Positions 55,288 to 64,000 of a stretch of 64,000 nt of DNA are shown piece after piece. The DNA comes from Oscillospiraceae bacterium (lineage in GTDB: Bacteria > Bacillota > Clostridia > Oscillospirales > CAG-272), in assembly GCA_015064585.1 (NCBI GenBank), contig SVRY01000007.1, forward strand, positions 1 to 64,000, written 5' to 3'. The translations under genes were made by a program, and so were the position numbers. A model generated the notes under the pieces. That model saw only the letters and a list, made by a program, of their open reading frames with translations, made no database searches and was not told where the DNA came from. How positions within the stretch are numbered: the stretch's first letter is position 1; each line of letters opens with the position of its first letter.

Positions 55288-58233
55288 TCATTCCTGCTGT
55301 TTCAACCGCTCCAGCGCCTCAAACGCACCGTCCATTGCCGCTTCCCTTGTAGGAAACACCTCAGAACCAAAATGATTGTCCACCGAAAATTTCCATGTAC
55401 CGTCCTGCTTACGGCAATAAAGCACCACTATATGATGATCGATGCGTAAATAGGGATTGCCGTTTTTGGAATTCTTAAAACGGCGCTTTTTAAAGCTTTC
55501 TCTTCGCTGTTCTTTGTTTTTGAATTCCCGTTCCCGCTTTTTGGCAGCCGCGATATCGCCCTCCATTTTTCCGGCGCATACGCATCCAACCCCCAACGGT
55601 CGGTAATTTTCATGCACCATATGGTGCACATAACGGATGATCTGATATCCGCACATTTCGCAAATGCCCACAGGCTCTCCCAAATCTGTAATGCCTTCGC
55701 ATCGCCATCCTGTGTGCGGAACATCATCCCGCTTCCACAAATTATCCGCATTTTCCTTTAATTTGGCAATCGTCTCGTTTGTTTGGGTACGCAAAGCGCT
55801 TTCTGGCTTTTTGAGTACCTCTTTATTCATGATCGGCATTTCAGAAACCGCAAACGATTCCGATCTCTCAAATTTGTCCGCTTCATCATCCACAGTAGCC
55901 ACTTTTTCCTCTTGATCTTTTTTCTGTGGCAATTTCGACAAGACACCTGTTTCTTCTGTTTTCGTTTTTTCGGAAGCTACTATAGCTGAAAAGCGGGGTG
56001 TATCTACCCGACTGTCATTCAGATCCTTTATATCGGAAATGGTTTGCTGCTCAGGCAATTCCTGTCTTTGGGTCTTGGGAGAAAAATATGTCTTTGAAAT
56101 ATTTCTCGGTTGCGCCAGTTTATCAAATTTGATCACATAGCTTCCTCGTTTGTCATCTTTTTCAAGGATCGTACCGTTCCCAAACACATGATGCTCCACA
56201 AGATCGCCTACGTTCTTTTCGTCATCTTCTGCCGCCAAACTGCTTGTGCGCGCCACATATCTGCGGCTTTCACAGTCAAGCTCCTCGGAAATCACACCAA
56301 TACGGGTATAATTCTTTTCACCAATCTCCCCTAGGAAGCGGGACGGCAACTTTTTAATTCCGTTTTGCGAAAAGCCTTCGGAATCCATTAAAAACAGTTG
56401 CTCCTTTGCACGGGTGATCGCAACGTAACAAAGACGCCGCTCTTCCTCAAGACCCGCTTTTTTACGTTCTTCAATGGTTTTGGAGGAAGGAAATATCCCT
56501 TCGGTAAAACCGATGACAAATACCACGGGAAACTCAAGCCCTTTGGCAGAATGGATGGTCATCAATTTGACCGCATCTCTTTGTTTATCCCCATCTTCTC
56601 CCGCCTGCAAAGCGATCTGCTGTAAAAATGCGTCAAGCGTTAGATTTTCCCCAAAGCTTTTTTCAAATTCATCCGCGATGCGTTTGAATTCCGCCAAGTT
56701 TTCCAGCCGCTCCTCATCGCCCAGTTCTCGAATATACTGCTCATATCCGGATCTTGCCGTAACCTGGCTGACAATTTCCGTTATGCGCATATTTCCCTTC
56801 TTTTCCCGCATTTCTTCAATCAAGGAAACAAGCGATCTAACATCGCTTGCGCGGTAAGGAGACTCATTTAAATGATTTTTCAAAGTTTCATATAAAGATG
56901 GATTCATTTCACCGGATATAAATGAAATGTTCCCTTCCTTACATGCCTCCAGCGAGGACATTTTGGTTCTGCCAAATCTGCGGCGGGGCGTATTGACAAT
57001 GCGTTTAAAAGAAGCATCATCCCCATATTCGATCAGCCTTAAATAGGCAATAACATCCAAAACCTCCATACGTTGATAGAACTTAACACCACCGTATATC
57101 TCATAAGGAATGCCGCTTTCCACCAGTTTTTTCTCAACGATCCTGGAAAGAAAACCCGAACGGTAAAGGACTGCAAAATCGGAATAGGTCAGATTCTTTT
57201 CTTTGCAAATTTTCTTGATATTTTCCGCAATGGCAGTCACTTCTTCCTCATCGCTCTTACTGTGATAATGGAACACCTCGGCTCCTTTGGCAGCAAGTGT
57301 AAAAAGGTCCTTTTTCAGCCTCAGTTCATTTTTATTGATCAAAGCGTTGGCACACTGCAAAATCTGGGGTGTGGAACGGTAATTTCGATTGAGAAAGATC
57401 GTTTGCGTAGGTTCATGCTGTTTATCAAAATCCACAAGCAGCTTCACATCTGCCCCGCGCCATTCGTAAATGTTTTGATCAGGATCGCCGACGATCATTA
57501 AATTCCCGTATTTTGCCGAAAGCAGGTCCACAAGGCGCATTTCCCGTTTAGAGCTGTCCTGAAATTCATCCACCTGTATATAATTCAGCCTATCCTGCCA
57601 TTTTTCCCGTACCTCGCTGTTGGTTTCCAGCAAATATAGGGCAAAACTCATCAGATCGTTGAAATCAAGGGCATAAATGGCTTTCTGCCGTTGCATATAT
57701 TCCTCAATGATCCGATCATTGACCGTCAAAATCTGCGGCAGAATTTGACAAGGCTTGGGACTGCACATACGAGGGACATAATCGGTTTTGGACTTTACAA
57801 AAGTGATCTTCTTCAAAATACTCTCAAATCCCGCATGATCCAATTTGAGCTCATATTTTTGATAAATATCCCCCAAGATTGATTTCTGTTGAGAGGGATC
57901 CAAGATCTGAAATCCCTTTGTCAAAAACAGTTTTTCGGGGTTTTCGCGAAGCACTCTTGCGCAAAAGCCGTGATAGGTGCAAATCAGCGTCGTATCACTT
58001 TCGGCACCGATCAGGGCATGGATGCGTTTTTTCATTTCTCCCGCTGCTTTATTGGTAAAGGTCACACATAGGATATTGGCGGAATCGATCCCATAATCCC
58101 TTACCAAATAGGCATAACGACTAACGAGCAACTTTGTTTTTCCGCTGCCTGCTCCCGCAATAACACGAACATATCCTTCGGTTGCCCGAACGGCTTCCTG
58201 CTGTTTATCATTCAATGCACCGAGTATATCCAT
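55288..58233 (-). CDS. UvrD/PcrA/Rep-family superfamily-1 DNA helicase with a long C-terminal extension that carries a Cys/His-rich putative zinc-binding module
   Basis: An AAAGGA RBS precedes the ATG at 58233 (MDILGALNDKQQEAV). Walker A is AGAGSGKTKLL. Helicase motifs continue through GDPDQNIYEWRGA. Extension motifs are WRCEGITDLGEPVGICEMCGY...HHMVHENYRPLGVGCVC. Confidence 0.8.
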   Translation of the reverse strand: MDILGALNDKQQEAVRATEGYVRVIAGAGSGKTKLLVSRYAYLVRDYGIDSANILCVTFTNKAAGEMKKRIHALIGAESDTTLICTYHGFCARVLRENPEKLFLTKGFQILDPSQQKSILGDIYQKYELKLDHAGFESILKKITFVKSKTDYVPRMCSPKPCQILPQILTVNDRIIEEYMQRQKAIYALDFNDLMSFALYLLETNSEVREKWQDRLNYIQVDEFQDSSKREMRLVDLLSAKYGNLMIVGDPDQNIYEWRGADVKLLVDFDKQHEPTQTIFLNRNYRSTPQILQCANALINKNELRLKKDLFTLAAKGAEVFHYHSKSDEEEVTAIAENIKKICKEKNLTYSDFAVLYRSGFLSRIVEKKLVESGIPYEIYGGVKFYQRMEVLDVIAYLRLIEYGDDASFKRIVNTPRRRFGRTKMSSLEACKEGNISFISGEMNPSLYETLKNHLNESPYRASDVRSLVSLIEEMREKKGNMRITEIVSQVTARSGYEQYIRELGDEERLENLAEFKRIADEFEKSFGENLTLDAFLQQIALQAGEDGDKQRDAVKLMTIHSAKGLEFPVVFVIGFTEGIFPSSKTIEERKKAGLEEERRLCYVAITRAKEQLFLMDSEGFSQNGIKKLPSRFLGEIGEKNYTRIGVISEELDCESRRYVARTSSLAAEDDEKNVGDLVEHHVFGNGTILEKDDKRGSYVIKFDKLAQPRNISKTYFSPKTQRQELPEQQTISDIKDLNDSRVDTPRFSAIVASEKTKTEETGVLSKLPQKKDQEEKVATVDDEADKFERSESFAVSEMPIMNKEVLKKPESALRTQTNETIAKLKENADNLWKRDDVPHTGWRCEGITDLGEPVGICEMCGYQIIRYVHHMVHENYRPLGVGCVCAGKMEGDIAAAKKREREFKNKEQRRESFKKRRFKNSKNGNPYLRIDHHIVVLYCRKQDGTWKFSVDNHFGSEVFPTREAAMDGAFEALERLKQQE

Positions 58234-58455
58234 GTCCGCATCCTTTCCCACTCATAAACTCATTGTATTTATTGTAGCATAGATAAATACAAATTTCAAG
58301 AATAAATGCCCCTATTATCACAAATCTTTCCCAATTGTTCAGTATCAGTCATCAACGAATGCATCGGTTTTCTCAACGAATGCACCCCTCCGATTGACAA
58401 ATAACGCGGACAAACAGTATACTGAAATCAGAAATCAACCAAAAAGGAGTTACTT

Positions 58456-60534
58456 ATGAAGCAAAAATTCCTATGGAGCCTTTGTATTCTGTCTTTGTTT
58501 ATATCCTCTGTTCTTCCCGCAAATGCCAATGAGAAACCCGAAATGCAAACAAGCATATGGGACGGCAGTATCGCACAGGGCTTTTCCGATGGAACCGGTT
58601 CCGAAGAAGATCCCTATCTTATCAAGTCAGCGCAGGAATTGGCATTTTTCGAGCGCTCGGTCAACGAAGGCAACAGTTACGAAAATATGTATATCACCCT
58701 TGCGGCAAATATCCGTTTGAATGACGAAGAGTTCATGTTTGATGTCGATACAGGGCTTGTCAAGGTTACAGACGGTGAACACACCGCCTATTTCGGCACG
58801 GGGATAGAAGGTCATGAAGGCGGAAACACCTATTTTGATGAAACTCCGAGTGTCAAAGGAACATGGTACGAAACGGATAGCTCCGATACCAAGACCGTTT
58901 ATGGCGGCAACCTCAACGAGTGGACCCCCATCGGAGATTACAAGCGTCCCTATGACAACCGTTTCAGAGGTCATTTTATTGGAAATACGCATATTATTTC
59001 GGGGCTCTTTATCCACACCGAAAACAACATGGTTGGCTTGTTTGGATACGCATATGATGCCAAAATAGAACAACTGGAGATCCAAAACTCCCTGATCTGC
59101 GGCGGAAGCTACACGGGCAGTATCGTAGGATATGCCAATTCAAGGTTTAACGGTGTAACCGACCACTGTATAAACAACGGCATTGTGATCGGTATCAACT
59201 GTGTCGGCGGCATTGCCGGTTCAGGTGATTCCGTATACAACTGTCACAACCTTGGCGTCACGATCGGTCGCAACCATGTGGGGGGCATTATAGGGGAAGG
59301 TTACGCCTCAGACGACTATAACAACGGCTTGGTTTACGGTAAAAGCTGTGTGGGTGGTATTATCGGAAAAGGCACCATGCACATCGGCGGTAATTCCGGC
59401 ACCGTATACGGAGAAGACATGGTGGGCGGCATCATCGGCTGCGGTGTTGCATGGCAATGCTTTCATATGGGCAAGGTCATCGGAAATACCGACGTGGGCG
59501 GCATTGCGGGAAACTGCAATGATGCTGATATCATAGATTCCGTATACCAACCTCATATCAGTCAGTGCTATAGTCTGGGAAGTGTGCAGGGAAAAACAAA
59601 CGTAGGCGGCATTGTCGGCAATAACACCTCTCTTTTTACAGAAGACTGCTATAACGCGGGCAGTGTGGAAGGAAATAAAAACATAGGCGGTATCGGCGGA
59701 TACGCTTCCTCTGTAAAAACCTGTTACAACGTGGGAAATGTCATCGGAAATGAGCTTATAGGTGCCATCATCGGTTACGTTCCTGCAGAGCATAGTGTGG
59801 AGCACTGTTACTATCTGGCAGAAAACGGCGCTGTGGAAACAGGAATCGGCGGATGCGCCGCCGCATTCAAAGGATATATAGCGGGCATTAACGAGGAAGC
59901 CATGAAATTGGCACAAACCTACGTTGGCTTTACCTTTGATGAAAAATACTGGAAGTTCGATCCCGATATCCACTACGAATATCCCGTACTGGACCGTCGG
60001 GGCGTGGAGCACGGCGGACACGTTTTCAACCAAAAAAATACAGACCCTCGCGCCCTGGTTAAAGAAGGCACCTGCACGGAGCCTGCAATCTATTACTACA
60101 CCTGCCTCTGCAAAGCGGTGGGATATGAAACATTTACGGTGGAGCCGGCACACCAAATTTACAAAAACGCAAACGATCTTTACCATTGGGATGAGTGCCA
60201 CCGATGCAAGCTGCAAGAAAACCACGCCGCACATGTATGGGATAAAGGCACCGTTACGCTTGTCCCAACACATAAGACCGACGGCGAGTTCACATACATC
60301 TGCACCGAATGTACCCAGCATACCATCATTCCCATCCCCAAAGAAGCACTTCCTGCGGTAGAAAACACCCCCTCATCCGAAGAAAAAACACCGTCTGTAC
60401 CGCAAGCCACGCCCAAGGGAAGCATCCATCCGCTCTTTTTTGTGGCAATCGGTATCGGTGTGGGACTGCTTATCTTCTACACCTTTATAACCGTGCGGCA
60501 GATCCGTAAAGCAAAGAACACTCACACGCCGTGA
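58456..60534 (+). CDS. Secreted GLUG-motif repeat protein with a Cys-rich module and a C-terminal TM anchor
   Basis: The signal peptide is MKQKFLWSLCILSLFISSVLPANA. There are about 12 repeats of N.VGGI.G. The cysteine cluster is CTEPAIYYYTCLC...CHRCK...CTEC. The anchor is LFFVAIGIGVGLLIFYTFI. Confidence 0.7.
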   Translation: MKQKFLWSLCILSLFISSVLPANANEKPEMQTSIWDGSIAQGFSDGTGSEEDPYLIKSAQELAFFERSVNEGNSYENMYITLAANIRLNDEEFMFDVDTGLVKVTDGEHTAYFGTGIEGHEGGNTYFDETPSVKGTWYETDSSDTKTVYGGNLNEWTPIGDYKRPYDNRFRGHFIGNTHIISGLFIHTENNMVGLFGYAYDAKIEQLEIQNSLICGGSYTGSIVGYANSRFNGVTDHCINNGIVIGINCVGGIAGSGDSVYNCHNLGVTIGRNHVGGIIGEGYASDDYNNGLVYGKSCVGGIIGKGTMHIGGNSGTVYGEDMVGGIIGCGVAWQCFHMGKVIGNTDVGGIAGNCNDADIIDSVYQPHISQCYSLGSVQGKTNVGGIVGNNTSLFTEDCYNAGSVEGNKNIGGIGGYASSVKTCYNVGNVIGNELIGAIIGYVPAEHSVEHCYYLAENGAVETGIGGCAAAFKGYIAGINEEAMKLAQTYVGFTFDEKYWKFDPDIHYEYPVLDRRGVEHGGHVFNQKNTDPRALVKEGTCTEPAIYYYTCLCKAVGYETFTVEPAHQIYKNANDLYHWDECHRCKLQENHAAHVWDKGTVTLVPTHKTDGEFTYICTECTQHTIIPIPKEALPAVENTPSSEEKTPSVPQATPKGSIHPLFFVAIGIGVGLLIFYTFITVRQIRKAKNTHTP

Positions 60535-60546
60535 GTGCTCTTTTTG

Positions 60547-61026
60547 CTATACACGTACTCCTTCAATATGCAAAAAACGAATATTTTCATAAAAATAGGA
60601 AGACAAAGGTCTATCCAGTGCGTCAAACGAGTGCGCACAAACAAGTATTTCGGGAAAGACAGCAGTGATAATGGGGCTGTGATAAAAGTCGCCGTCTGCC
60701 CTTCCCAGCTGTACAATATCCCCCGGCATAACCGCATCTTGTGCCACAATTCGGGCATAGGGTCCCACCGATCGGTTATTTACAAGAAAATTGTAAAGGT
60801 ACTCTACCCCCGTCCATGCGGCAGTACGGTCACCCAAGGAGCGGTAATACCACCCCATGACAGGGGTGAAATTCATTACCTCCGATCCCGCATATAGGCA
60901 CTGAGATACAAAATTGGTGCAATCTCCCCCGAGTTTTTCAAAATCATAATAGACGGGATTGCGCCCAATCGCCCACCTGCGCGCATATCTTACCGCCCTC
61001 TCTCTGTCATAAATCTTTTCCTTCAT
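60547..61026 (-). CDS. Putative amidase-domain protein (NlpC/P60-like cysteine amidase, PF12671-like)
   Basis: The motif GGDCTNFVSQCLYAGS is present. An AAGGG RBS precedes the ATG at 61026; the track's longer TTG start has no RBS. Confidence 0.55.
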   Translation of the reverse strand: MKEKIYDRERAVRYARRWAIGRNPVYYDFEKLGGDCTNFVSQCLYAGSEVMNFTPVMGWYYRSLGDRTAAWTGVEYLYNFLVNNRSVGPYARIVAQDAVMPGDIVQLGRADGDFYHSPIITAVFPEILVCAHSFDALDRPLSSYFYENIRFLHIEGVRV

Positions 61027-61116
61027 ATAAAACCCTTTTTTGACAGCATATGCAAGCAACAAGCAATCGTTCCGCCAAAGCAAAAGAGCCTGCCGAAGCA
61101 AGCTCTTTATACAGAA

Positions 61117-61926
61117 TTATTTGTTCTGAATATGTACGTCCACCTGATTGTGGGGAGCAGAAATACCGTTTTTGCCAAATTCGCTCTTTACGCTTTCAAG
61201 AACGTCAAAGTATACAGTCCAGTAGTCGCCGCTCTTCACCCATGCGCGAGAAGTGATGCGCAGGCAGGAATCGCCATTCTCGTTGAGACGAACAAAAGGA
61301 GCAGGATCCTGCATGATCAGTGCGTGTGCACTAAGAACGCCCTTAACCACTTCAATTGCTTTGTTGGCATCGGAGCTTGCGGCAATGTTGAAGGTGATGT
61401 CCACTCTTCTGGTATCCTTTTCGGAATAGTTGGTGATATTACCGCTGGAGAGCGCACCGTTGGGCAGATAAACCACCTTGTTATCGGGGGTAACTACTCT
61501 GGTAGCAGTCATGTTGATATCGGTAACAGTACCGGAAACGCCCTGTGCTTCGATAAAGTCGTCCACCTTAAAGGGACGGGTCACCAGAATGAGTACACCG
61601 CCCGCAATGTTGGAAAGAGCGCCGTTTACTGCCAGACCGATACACACACCAAAGGATGCAATGAGTGCGGTAATGGCGCTGGTATCAATACCCAGATAAC
61701 CGATCAGGCACACAACAACAATGCACTTTGCGGCAATGGCAGCCACATGAACCAGTGTCTTGACAACGGTTTTATCCATTTTCTTTTCTTCGCTGTTTTT
61801 GATGATCTTTTTGCTAAGCCAATTGATCAGCTTGAACGATACCCACATAATGACCAATGCGATAATGATCTTAATGCCGGTGTGTGTCGCCCAATTTACA
61901 ACGGAAGCAAGTAAATCTTTTAACAT
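61117..61926 (-). CDS. mscS: Small-conductance mechanosensitive channel (MscS family)
   Basis: The pore helix/beta domain is KVDDFIEAQGVSGTVTDINMTATRVVTPDNKVVYLPNGALSSGNITNYS. Length is 269 aa. Confidence 0.8.
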   Translation of the reverse strand: MLKDLLASVVNWATHTGIKIIIALVIMWVSFKLINWLSKKIIKNSEEKKMDKTVVKTLVHVAAIAAKCIVVVCLIGYLGIDTSAITALIASFGVCIGLAVNGALSNIAGGVLILVTRPFKVDDFIEAQGVSGTVTDINMTATRVVTPDNKVVYLPNGALSSGNITNYSEKDTRRVDITFNIAASSDANKAIEVVKGVLSAHALIMQDPAPFVRLNENGDSCLRITSRAWVKSGDYWTVYFDVLESVKSEFGKNGISAPHNQVDVHIQNK

Positions 61927-62116
61927 AATAAAATCCTCCTAAAAAAATTTGATTCAATTGTAGCGCAAAACTCCGCACATGTCAATATGATGCACACATT
62001 TTTTCAAAGTTGTGGATTATCCAAACCATTCCCTATTCCATTTTACCTCAAAAGACATTTGCGGTCTTTCGGGCCTTTGCGCTATGCTTGTAAAAGCGCT
62101 TATGCAAAACCAACGA

Positions 62117-62926
62117 TTAACTCAAAAGATATTCATTATTAAACTCTTTGACAACAGTTTTGATAGAATTGTCGATTCTGCCATCACAAAACCTTTTGAT
62201 ATGATCGGGAATCGTTTTATAATAAGCTTCCGCGATTCCGCCGGCAATACAAGCCTGCGTATCTGCATCCCCTCCAAGCGAAATTGCCAATCTTATCGCA
62301 CTTTCGTAATCCGATGATTCTAAAAATGCAATTATGGCAGGCGGAACGCTATAGGATGTTCTGCTATCAAATACATGGCTTTCTTTGATGACTGAAATAG
62401 GCGTCGAAAGATCGTATCGAAATGTGTTTTCCACGTACGCTTTTATATGATCCTTGGTTTTACCGTTTCTTGCCAAAAAAATTGCCGCCGCCACTGCTTG
62501 TGCACCCTTGATAGCCTCACGGTGATTGTGGGTAGAAAGACAACTTGCCTTCGCTTGGAGAAGCGTTTGTTCCAAAGTTTTATAGGCATATCCAATCGGG
62601 ATAACTCGCATAGACGCACCATTGGCATAACTGTGTCCATTCCTTGCGTACGGATTTTTTGCCCAATCGGCAAACATATTTCCAAAGCCGGCGTATGGGT
62701 GGTACGAGTAATACTGCCGATATTGCACGGCATACTCTTTGGCGCGCTTACGAATATTCCATTTTGATATTTCGGCAGGATTATTCAATATAGCCTTACA
62801 AACAGCGGCAATCAGCACACTGTCATCTGTAAAAGAACTGTCATTATCAAATTCAAAATCGTAATTTTTCGTACAGTGTACTTCATAATACGAACCTATA
62901 ACATCCCCATATATTGCACCAAACAT
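62117..62926 (-). CDS. ADP-ribosylglycohydrolase family protein (DraG/ARH-like)
   Basis: An AAGGGGAG RBS lies 8 nt before the ATG at 62926. The N-terminal motif is IYGDVIGS. The C-terminal metal-binding motif is GGDADTQACIAGGIAEAYY. Confidence 0.75.
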   Translation of the reverse strand: MFGAIYGDVIGSYYEVHCTKNYDFEFDNDSSFTDDSVLIAAVCKAILNNPAEISKWNIRKRAKEYAVQYRQYYSYHPYAGFGNMFADWAKNPYARNGHSYANGASMRVIPIGYAYKTLEQTLLQAKASCLSTHNHREAIKGAQAVAAAIFLARNGKTKDHIKAYVENTFRYDLSTPISVIKESHVFDSRTSYSVPPAIIAFLESSDYESAIRLAISLGGDADTQACIAGGIAEAYYKTIPDHIKRFCDGRIDNSIKTVVKEFNNEYLLS

Positions 62927-63239
62927 ATTGTCACTCCCCTTCATTGATTTTTATTATATCACAAACCTATAGAAATTTCAACCGTTTCGAAGATCCGAAT
63001 CCGCATAGAACCCCAAAACGGTTGAAATACATTTACAAAAAACGAAAAGCTTTAGCAAAAAAATAGATGAAAGAATGAGAGCAGCCAAACACATCAACTT
63101 TCCTTAAATCTCCAAATAGAAAAAGCTCACCAAAGCGTGCTTTTCTATGTGAAGATACATCATCCCCTTTGCGATGATGGGAGTTGCACCCCGCCGCTGT
63201 CTTTCGGGCAGGGCGCCATGATTGTAACGAATTTATATA

Positions 63240-63851
63240 TCAGACATCATCTTCATCTGACAAACCCATTTCGCGCAATTCTTTCAGCATTTGACAAAGA
63301 TACTTTCTATCCTTTATATTGTACTCCCAAACCTTTTCACTGCACACGAAATGCTTATTGGGCTTATCATCCATCACAGCCTTACCGTCTGCAAGTCTTA
63401 CACTAATACCGTCTATAAGTGCACCCGGCTTAATATATTTTTGCAATATATACGGAAAATTTTCTTCCGTAGAAACAAATTGGACACGCACCCCCCAGAC
63501 GTCCTCCATATTTTCTCCAACCAGACGACTGTATTTACAAATTTCACATAATTTAACCGTTCCGTGATCTAAAATGCGCCTATCTACATCATCAAGTGCA
63601 AATCCGAATTGATATTCATTCACAATAACCATCGGTTTGTACTCAAGAGTATAGTCAAAAAGTTCGTCCATTGTTATATGAAACAATCGAGCAATTTGCG
63701 GCAACATCGTTATATCAGGAAAACTCTCGTCATTTTCCCACTTGCTGACAGCCGCCTTGCTGACCCCCAACATATTTGCCAGCTCCTCTTGCGTCAGCTC
63801 GCGCTCTCTTCTCTTCCCCTTGATCTTTTTGCCTATCTTTAAACTTGACAT
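63240..63851 (-). CDS. XRE-family HTH regulator with a C-terminal ~130-aa ligand-binding-like domain
   Basis: The HTH is QEELANMLGVSKAAVSKWEN. A GGAGGG RBS precedes it. Length is 203 aa. Confidence 0.75.
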   Translation of the reverse strand: MSSLKIGKKIKGKRRERELTQEELANMLGVSKAAVSKWENDESFPDITMLPQIARLFHITMDELFDYTLEYKPMVIVNEYQFGFALDDVDRRILDHGTVKLCEICKYSRLVGENMEDVWGVRVQFVSTEENFPYILQKYIKPGALIDGISVRLADGKAVMDDKPNKHFVCSEKVWEYNIKDRKYLCQMLKELREMGLSDEDDV

Positions 63852-64000
63852 ATTTCAATTCCCTCCAAAATATTACTTGCTCCGGCGCTGACTATAATAT
63901 AGCATATATCGCCCCATATGTAAAGAGATAGTTGATATACTTTGTATACCATTGGTTGACAACACATCGAAAAGTATGTGGTGCATCGAATCTGTTCACA

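Noticed and set aside
60547-61101. Longer TTG-initiated form of the amidase-domain gene (track start 61101)
   Set aside because: TTG at 61101 lacks any Shine-Dalgarno sequence. The ATG at 61026 has an AAGGG RBS, so the shorter form was preferred. The N-terminal 25 aa of the long form are hydrophobic and could alternatively be a signal peptide, so this remains uncertain.

Overview
This 64 kb window looks like chromosomal DNA from a Firmicutes/Clostridia-type anaerobe. The evidence is roughly 50% GC, sigma-A promoters of the TTGACA-17-TATAAT/TATACT type, AGGAGG-like ribosome-binding sites, and frequent GTG/TTG starts. It carries a typical gut-Clostridiales mix of housekeeping and cell-surface genes. 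Coding density is high, and about 60 genes are supportable. Housekeeping genes include murD, alaS, comEC, three tandem M42 aminopeptidases, a methionine gamma-lyase-family protein, an MscS channel, a flotillin/NfeD operon and a Y-family DNA polymerase. Very large secreted or anchored proteins include a glycerophosphodiester phosphodiesterase (GDPD) surface protein, a beta-helix lipoprotein, a 1477-aa metallophosphoesterase/leucine-rich-repeat (LRR) protein, and a GLUG-repeat protein. Many HTH regulators are present (several XRE, one ECF sigma/anti-sigma pair, two XRE-TPR paralogs). One tRNA-Leu(GAG) gene is followed by an unusual tandem array of 152-bp units that each re-copy the tRNA 3' end. 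The most notable items are listed here. (1) A T-box leader drives an operon of a catalytically dead LeuA homolog plus a TIM-barrel/acyl-CoA-ligase fusion. (2) A roughly 170-bp four-hairpin intergenic element occurs twice, with compensatory base changes between copies. (3) The tRNA-Leu 3' fragment tandem array is followed by a small accessory block that includes an aminoglycoside-nucleotidyltransferase/inorganic-pyrophosphatase fusion. (4) A TerB-N/TerB-C-like protein plus DUF2791 (BrxD-like) ATPase pair sits beside a long UvrD-family helicase. (5) A Y-family polymerase operon is placed under an ImmR/ImmA-like (XRE + HExxH peptidase) module with paired palindromic operators. No CRISPR array, integrase or transposase was seen. 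All functional calls come from by-eye motif recognition; no database search could be run.
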